A stretch of 64,000 nt of DNA. Origin: an uncultured virus (IMG/VR IMGVR_UViG_3300025626_000022). Its lineage: Duplodnaviria; Heunggongvirae; Uroviricota; Caudoviricetes; Crassvirales. Under the pieces are notes generated by a model that was not told the DNA's origin, did no database searches, and saw only the letters and a program-made list of their open reading frames with translations. The stretch is from IMG/VR virus record IMGVR_UViG_3300025626_000022; one strand, written 5' to 3'. This document shows, in pieces, positions 59,228 to 64,000 of this stretch; the first letter of the stretch is position 1; each line of letters begins with the position of its first letter. The position numbers and the translations under genes were made by a program.

Positions 59228-59297
59228 CCACGAATAGCAAAGGCATAGCGCCTCGGCGTAAGCTCGTACTCAAAAGGTACGGGCTTTTCGTGGTATG
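59228..59297 (+). ncRNA. Structured leader element copy 2 (multibranch)
   Basis: CCACGAA...AAGCTCGTAC-tcaaaag-GTACGGGCTT-TTCGTGG-T-ATG. Confidence 0.55.
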
Positions 59298-59510
59298 AAT
59301 AATATAAATATGATGAAAGCATTTATGTTACTAGGTGATCTAGATGCTACAAGCACAGAAAAGTTAAGCGACGCAAGAGTTGCTTACAAAGAAAGAATAG
59401 CTTTTGCTACAATGAGAGCTAGTATACCTGATTGGCAACCACCAAGTGATTGGGATAGTTTAACTAACGGACAAAAACTAGACAGACTTGATAAGTTACA
59501 ATCAGTATAA
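59295..59510 (+). CDS. Hypothetical protein
   Basis: 71 aa directly after leader element copy 2. Confidence 0.65.
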   Translation: MNNINMMKAFMLLGDLDATSTEKLSDARVAYKERIAFATMRASIPDWQPPSDWDSLTNGQKLDRLDKLQSV

Positions 59511-59548
59511 TTACAAACTAAATACGAACACTAACAGATAATATTAAT

Positions 59549-59854
59549 ATGAAAGACGACGCAATTGAAAAACTAGCACAACTATTATTTGATAAAATAA
59601 TGGAAAAGCAAGAACAAGCTGATATGGAGTATGCAGATCAAATACAAAGCTTAATGAATAATGGCTATGTTGTTAATGATATAACCGACAAACTAGGTAT
59701 TAACGAAGAAGAAAAACTAGTTGGTGAGTTAGCTAAAATGCAAACTATAATGATGATTCTTGAAGACAAAGAAGAATACGAAAAAGCAGCTATAATACTA
59801 AAGAAAATAAATACAATAAATAGAAAATTAAATAATGGATCAGGAAAATATTAA
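59549..59854 (+). CDS. Protein with C-terminal UVR (UvrB/C)-like motif
   Basis: LEDKEEYEKAAIILKKI. Confidence 0.5.
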   Translation: MKDDAIEKLAQLLFDKIMEKQEQADMEYADQIQSLMNNGYVVNDITDKLGINEEEKLVGELAKMQTIMMILEDKEEYEKAAIILKKINTINRKLNNGSGKY

Positions 59855-60680
59855 AGCTATGCTAGCGCATAAATACAATGAAGATAAAGCAGATTATCCT
59901 GCATTTATCCAACCTAAACTAGATGGCGTACGCTGTTTATTCACTGCAAAAGGCGCTGTATCTCGTGCTAACAATCAATTTATGAATGTACAGCATATAG
60001 AACAAGCTCTAAAGCCTTTCTTTGCAAAGAATCCTACAGCTATTCTTGACGGCGAATTATACAATCATGGTCTAAAAGATGACTTTGAAAAGATTATATC
60101 TCTTGTTAAAAAGAGAAAGCCAACAGATGCTGATAGAGCTGAAGCTAAAGAACTAGTACAATACCATATGTATGACGTAGTTAGTATGAAAATAGCTACT
60201 TATGTAGATAGAAACTTATTTTTACTAGCTGAACCATCTTTTAGAAACAGCTCTATATTAGAAGTTACTTCTACTAGATTAGCTACAGATTTTGATGATG
60301 CACAAAGGTTTCATGCTAAAAACCTTAAACTAGGTTACGAAGGTTCTATATATAGAACACCGTCTGGCAAGTACAAAGGTACAAGATCATGGGATCTTAT
60401 GAAGTTTAAAGACTTTCACGATGCAGAAGCTACAATTATTGGTTATGAAATAGGTAAAGGTAAGCGTGAAGGTACACTAGGTAAGTTTATTATGCAAGAT
60501 TATGAAGGTAATAAGTTTGGCTGTCCTCCAGGTAAAGGCTACAACTACAAAGACTTAGCTAATATGCTAGAAAATATACACGACTACATTGGTCAGTATG
60601 CTACATTTACATACTTCGAACGAACTAAAGCAGGTAGTTACAGACATCCACATTACAAAGCAATACGTAACTATGAGTGA
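59835..60680 (+). CDS. ATP-dependent DNA ligase
   Basis: QPKLDGVRC, ILDGELY, GYEGSIYR, LMKFKDFHDAE, YRHP. Confidence 0.92.
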   Translation: MDQENIKAMLAHKYNEDKADYPAFIQPKLDGVRCLFTAKGAVSRANNQFMNVQHIEQALKPFFAKNPTAILDGELYNHGLKDDFEKIISLVKKRKPTDADRAEAKELVQYHMYDVVSMKIATYVDRNLFLLAEPSFRNSSILEVTSTRLATDFDDAQRFHAKNLKLGYEGSIYRTPSGKYKGTRSWDLMKFKDFHDAEATIIGYEIGKGKREGTLGKFIMQDYEGNKFGCPPGKGYNYKDLANMLENIHDYIGQYATFTYFERTKAGSYRHPHYKAIRNYE

Positions 60681-60843
60681 TTATGAAGCAACGGGTTTAG
60701 CTGAAGGTTTTATATCAGCTGAATCAGAAGAACAAGTAATAGATGCTTGGCAGCATTTACACGATACTGGTCTTGCATATAAATTGCAAGGCTGGTTTGG
60801 TAGAACAGCACAAAACTTATTAAAACAAGGAATAATACAATGA
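60673..60843 (+). CDS. Small hypothetical protein
   Basis: Likely start MSDYEATGLAEGF...AWQHLHDTGLAYKLQGWFGRTA. Confidence 0.65.
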   Translation: MSDYEATGLAEGFISAESEEQVIDAWQHLHDTGLAYKLQGWFGRTAQNLLKQGIIQ

Positions 60844-61356
60844 GTGATCCAATAAGTTATATGCCTTGGTTGGTGAAAAAAAACAACAACGACCCTTATC
60901 AATGTTTAATATGCTCAGAGTCAATGGATAAAGTTGACTTTGATTTCTGCGACATATGTCCAGACTGTTTAGACGAGGAAGGTTATATTTAAAAAAAAAA
61001 TATGAGAAGACTAATATATGACATGTTTTATGCTGATGAGATCAGCGAAGACGTAGCTTACAAGCTAATAGAAAAATTAAATAAAATAAGAGACAAGACT
61101 AAATATAGTTGGGAACGATGAGAGAATTACTTAAAAAAAGAAGATGCTTATCACATAGAAAATATGTCTCACAACGCATGGCTCAGCTACAAAATGAGCT
61201 ATGCCAAGAGGCTATTGAAACTGGTATAGTTAACTTAGAAAAAAGAAAACAATTATTAAAATATAAACATCATTTAAAAAACTTATGAAAAAAGAATTAT
61301 TAGAAAAAATTAAAGAACAAATAAAATTAGAAATTTTATATTATGAGATGCTAGGG

Positions 61357-61400
61357 GTGACACATGGTATTAAAGAAATAGAGTAAGGGGCAAATGTCAC
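61357..61400. promoter_or_regulatory. Second copy of the 44-bp GTGACA-N32-TGTCAC site, overlapping the HTH gene start
   Basis: Right arm TAAGGGGCAAATGTCAC differs by 1 nt from 53548-53564; same 44-bp span. Confidence 0.75.
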
Positions 61401-62020
61401 ACCGAGATTTAAAATACTTAAATAATAATAGAATAATATACCGTAGGTATTCTTCAGATATACCAACATCTAGCCATAGTTGGGGTTGGTACTATGCTAA
61501 AGGTACTTATGGTTATTATGCTTTGTTTAATAATAAAGCAAAAATAAATACTATAAGATCGTTAAAGTGGCATTTATTAACACTATGGTATTTAAATCCT
61601 AATCTTGATAAAAATAAATTTGAACAACTTGCAGAATATATAATATACAAAGCAAATGGTTTTGTTACTTTTAATATTGGTCAAAAATTAATAAATAAAG
61701 TTGTTGAAGACGTATTTAATCAAGACCTTGATACCCCACCTAAAAATAGACTACGTAAAATAGTTTTTAAAGATTCTAGTGGCTTACTTGCAATAGAGAA
61801 ATTGCAAATAGTAGGTAGAATAATAGGACAAGCAAAAGGGATTAAAGAAGATGATATATATGAAGCAATGCTTTATATAAACGAAGAAAAAATAATTACA
61901 ATAAATAGAATAGCTAAAGCGTTGAAATGCACTAAAAGAACTATTTATAGACACATGAGTGAAGAGCTTAAAAAAGAAAAACAATTATTAAATAAAGAAT
62001 ATGAAAAAGATAATATTTAG
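61394..62020 (+). CDS. DNA-binding protein with C-terminal HTH (candidate replication initiator/regulator)
   Basis: ITINRIAKALKCTKRTIYRHM helix-turn-helix. Confidence 0.7.
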   Translation: MSHRDLKYLNNNRIIYRRYSSDIPTSSHSWGWYYAKGTYGYYALFNNKAKINTIRSLKWHLLTLWYLNPNLDKNKFEQLAEYIIYKANGFVTFNIGQKLINKVVEDVFNQDLDTPPKNRLRKIVFKDSSGLLAIEKLQIVGRIIGQAKGIKEDDIYEAMLYINEEKIITINRIAKALKCTKRTIYRHMSEELKKEKQLLNKEYEKDNI

Positions 62021-62306
62021 TATAACTACCTTACTAGTACTGACGTCTAGTTCTGTTAACATGCAAAGAGGAAATTGGGTAAATATATATTGTAGAGCAG
62101 ATTTAAATAAATGCGTATACAACCTTACTCAATTAAAATCATGGTTAGAAAGTGATTATAAAGAAGGTAAAATATCTTCTAAAATATATGATGAATACTT
62201 TGTAGCAATAGATAATACTACAAGAGGTTTACAGATGTTAATTAAAGACGAAGGTCAGTGTGACACTACAGATTACAAAGTAAAAAAGCTAAAATACAGT
62301 AAATGA
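62001..62306 (+). CDS. Secreted protein, paralog of 55425-55685
   Basis: Signal peptide MKKIIFSITTLLVLTSSS; NLTQLKSWLESDYKEGKISS. Confidence 0.6.
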   Translation: MKKIIFSITTLLVLTSSSVNMQRGNWVNIYCRADLNKCVYNLTQLKSWLESDYKEGKISSKIYDEYFVAIDNTTRGLQMLIKDEGQCDTTDYKVKKLKYSK

Positions 62307-63061
62307 AAAAATACAATATAAAAAACTACATAAGATATAAAGAAGAAGTAAAGGTTCTAATTAGCAATATAGAAATAAAAGACTTTATCGAATATACTGA
62401 TGATGAGTTAAAAATTATATTTCTTCCTTTAGTAGAAAATGTAGCTAGAAAATTTTCAACAGCTCAAGAAGCTTCAGGAGTTATGTCTATATTAGATTTA
62501 ATTCAAGAAGGATCTTTGCAACTATGTAAAGCTGTAGATAAACTAGATAGAGAAAAACTATCAAATTCTGAAGACAAATCAAAATCTTTAAAATCTTTTT
62601 TTGCTAAGCGAATACGTGGAGGTATAAGAAGAGAAATAGATAAGAATAGAGCTCAAATGAGAATACCAGAGCATAAGCTTAACGAAATAAGAAAAGATGG
62701 AGGTAAAGATAAGAAAATGGTTGAAATGTTTTTTAATTCTATGTTTTTAAGTATAGACACTAAACCATACAATGATGAAGATATGATATATCAAATACCT
62801 GATAAATCAGATCCATACAATGAAACACTGCTTAATGCTTATATATTAAGTTTATTAAATAAACATCTAACTTCTGATGAAGTGTTTGTTTTAAATAAAA
62901 GCTATGGCCTTGATGGAGAAAAGTGGTCTGCTAATGAAATAGCTAAGGCTTTAGAAATAAAAGGTATCTCTGCTTATGTAAGAGTATCAGAGATTAAAAA
63001 ACAAGCAGTACAAAAACTTATAGACAATGTAGATCACTCGCAAGTGATTGATTATCTGTAA
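62303..63061 (+). CDS. Phage-encoded sigma70-family RNA polymerase sigma factor
   Basis: Region 2 LPLVENVARKF..LDLIQEGSLQLCKAVDKLD..FFAKRIRGGIRREI..MRIPEH; region 4 LTSDEVFVLNKSYGL..SANEIAKAL..VRVSEIKKQAVQKL. Confidence 0.88.
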   Translation: MKKYNIKNYIRYKEEVKVLISNIEIKDFIEYTDDELKIIFLPLVENVARKFSTAQEASGVMSILDLIQEGSLQLCKAVDKLDREKLSNSEDKSKSLKSFFAKRIRGGIRREIDKNRAQMRIPEHKLNEIRKDGGKDKKMVEMFFNSMFLSIDTKPYNDEDMIYQIPDKSDPYNETLLNAYILSLLNKHLTSDEVFVLNKSYGLDGEKWSANEIAKALEIKGISAYVRVSEIKKQAVQKLIDNVDHSQVIDYL

Positions 63062-63091
63062 ATTAACAAATAAATATGTAATTATATATAT

Positions 63092-63649
63092 ATGACAATA
63101 AACCAAAAATTAACCCAAATTCAAACGAAGTTTAAATCGAAAAAGAGTAGATTTAACTCATTCGGCAAGTATTATTTCCGATCTGCCGAAGACATCCTAG
63201 AAGCAACAAAGCCCTTTTTAAAGGAGTTAGATGTATCAGTTACGATTAAAGAAGAATTAATTTCTTATGATCCACCTGTTATGCAGGTTACTGCTAGATT
63301 ATCTAATGGCGAAGAAGAAAAAGGTACAGGTAGTAATAAATCTGTTACAGCTGTAGCTATTGTAGGTGTTGACTTAGATCAGAAAGGTATGCAAATGCCA
63401 CAGAGATATGGTGCAGCAAGTTCTTATGGTAAGAAATATGCACTAGGTAATTTGTTTTTAATCGACGATACGCAAGATGCAGATGCAACTAACTCTCACG
63501 GTAAAAAACAAACAATTACTCAAGCAGCTATATCAACAGCTCAATTACTTAAAGCTAAAGAATATGTTAAAAGCGGCGGTAAGTTAGATGCTATAAAATC
63601 TAAATATAAATTAACGAAAGAGCAAGAAAAAGAGTTAGCTACATTATGA
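63092..63649 (+). CDS. ERF-family single-strand annealing protein
   Basis: NSFGKYYFRSAEDILEATKP...QRYGAASSYGKKYALGNLFLIDDTQDAD. Confidence 0.85.
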   Translation: MTINQKLTQIQTKFKSKKSRFNSFGKYYFRSAEDILEATKPFLKELDVSVTIKEELISYDPPVMQVTARLSNGEEEKGTGSNKSVTAVAIVGVDLDQKGMQMPQRYGAASSYGKKYALGNLFLIDDTQDADATNSHGKKQTITQAAISTAQLLKAKEYVKSGGKLDAIKSKYKLTKEQEKELATL

Positions 63650-64000
63650 AAGATAAAAAAGAAATACTAGAGAAGCTGAAAGACGATGAACATTATTATG
63701 GTGAGTTTGGCAGAAACTTTATATCTAATTCAGATATAAGAACACTGATGACAAATCCACTTGATTTTAAAAAGCCATCTGAACAGTTTCCTCACTTTCT
63801 TATTGGAGGTTACTTCCACACTGCTATTCTTGAACCAGACAAGATCAAGAATTTTAAAATTGTAGAAGCAAGCTCACGTAATACTAAAGCTTACAAAGAA
63901 ATAACAAACGGAGAAGTTTGTTTGTTACAACATGAGGTTGACAAGGTCGAAGCATTGGTTGAGAAGATGATGAACAATAAAGTTTGTCGCGATCTTATAC
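63646..64000 (+). CDS. Probable RecE/exonuclease VIII-like PD-(D/E)xK nuclease, 3' truncated
   Basis: Hand-translated DDEHYYGEFGRNFISNSDI...FLIGGYFHTAILEP; adjacent to ERF. Confidence 0.65.
   Translation, partial: MKDKKEILEKLKDDEHYYGEFGRNFISNSDIRTLMTNPLDFKKPSEQFPHFLIGGYFHTAILEPDKIKNFKIVEASSRNTKAYKEITNGEVCLLQHEVDKVEALVEKMMNNKVCRDLI

Larger units (their letters stand above)
53770..59543 (+). promoter_or_regulatory. Eight dispersed copies of early promoter-like motif TTACAAACTAAATACGA-N9-GATAATA
   Basis: Copies start at 53770, 54031, 54501, 55142, 56247, 56895, 58052, 59511; all on + strand, fixed spacing, each shortly upstream of an ATG. Confidence 0.85.

Noticed and set aside
53770..59543. 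CRISPR array made of the 33-bp repeats
   Set aside because: Copies are hundreds to thousands of bp apart, separated by genes, have a variable internal 9-mer, and no cas genes are present
1..64000. Stop-codon reassignment as in some crAss-like phages
   Set aside because: Standard code already gives long intact genes and dense coverage; TAA, TAG and TGA all end genes; no suppressor tRNA seen

Overview
AT-rich, gene-dense segment of a tailed dsDNA bacteriophage, most likely a podovirus-type phage of Bacteroidota/Flavobacteriia (crAss-like or Cellulophaga-phage-like gene content; A-rich, Shine-Dalgarno-less start regions; standard genetic code). It has three blocks. (1) 1-6.35 kb, + strand: DNA metabolism, with a Twinkle-type primase-helicase, a thymidylate-synthase-fold enzyme carrying the dCMP-type Asp, two all-alpha NTP pyrophosphatases, a T7 endo I-like resolvase and a class II RNR. 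(2) 6.4-53.4 kb, - strand: virion morphogenesis and lysis, with a 3610-aa polyvalent internal protein, tail and ring proteins, capsid, scaffold, portal, terminase, GroEL/GroES, amidase, holins, fibres and many small basic proteins sharing an SP motif. (3) 53.8-64 kb, + strand: early/host-takeover mini-genes, DNA ligase, an HTH protein, a sigma70-family factor, an ERF recombinase and an exonuclease. The main unexplained signals are: a 33-bp promoter-like motif in 9 copies that does not match the Bacteroidota housekeeping consensus, together with a sigma-region-2-like domain inside the giant virion protein (hypothesis: a virion-injected specificity factor starts a two-sigma cascade); a second promoter-like motif; a 44-bp inverted-repeat site found in the divergent intergenic region and over the start codon of the HTH gene; covarying and tRNA-like RNA structures in the early region; a probable cytosine-modification pathway; and SP-motif basic polyproteins next to a metallopeptidase. 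All family calls come from motif recognition by eye. No database searches were run.
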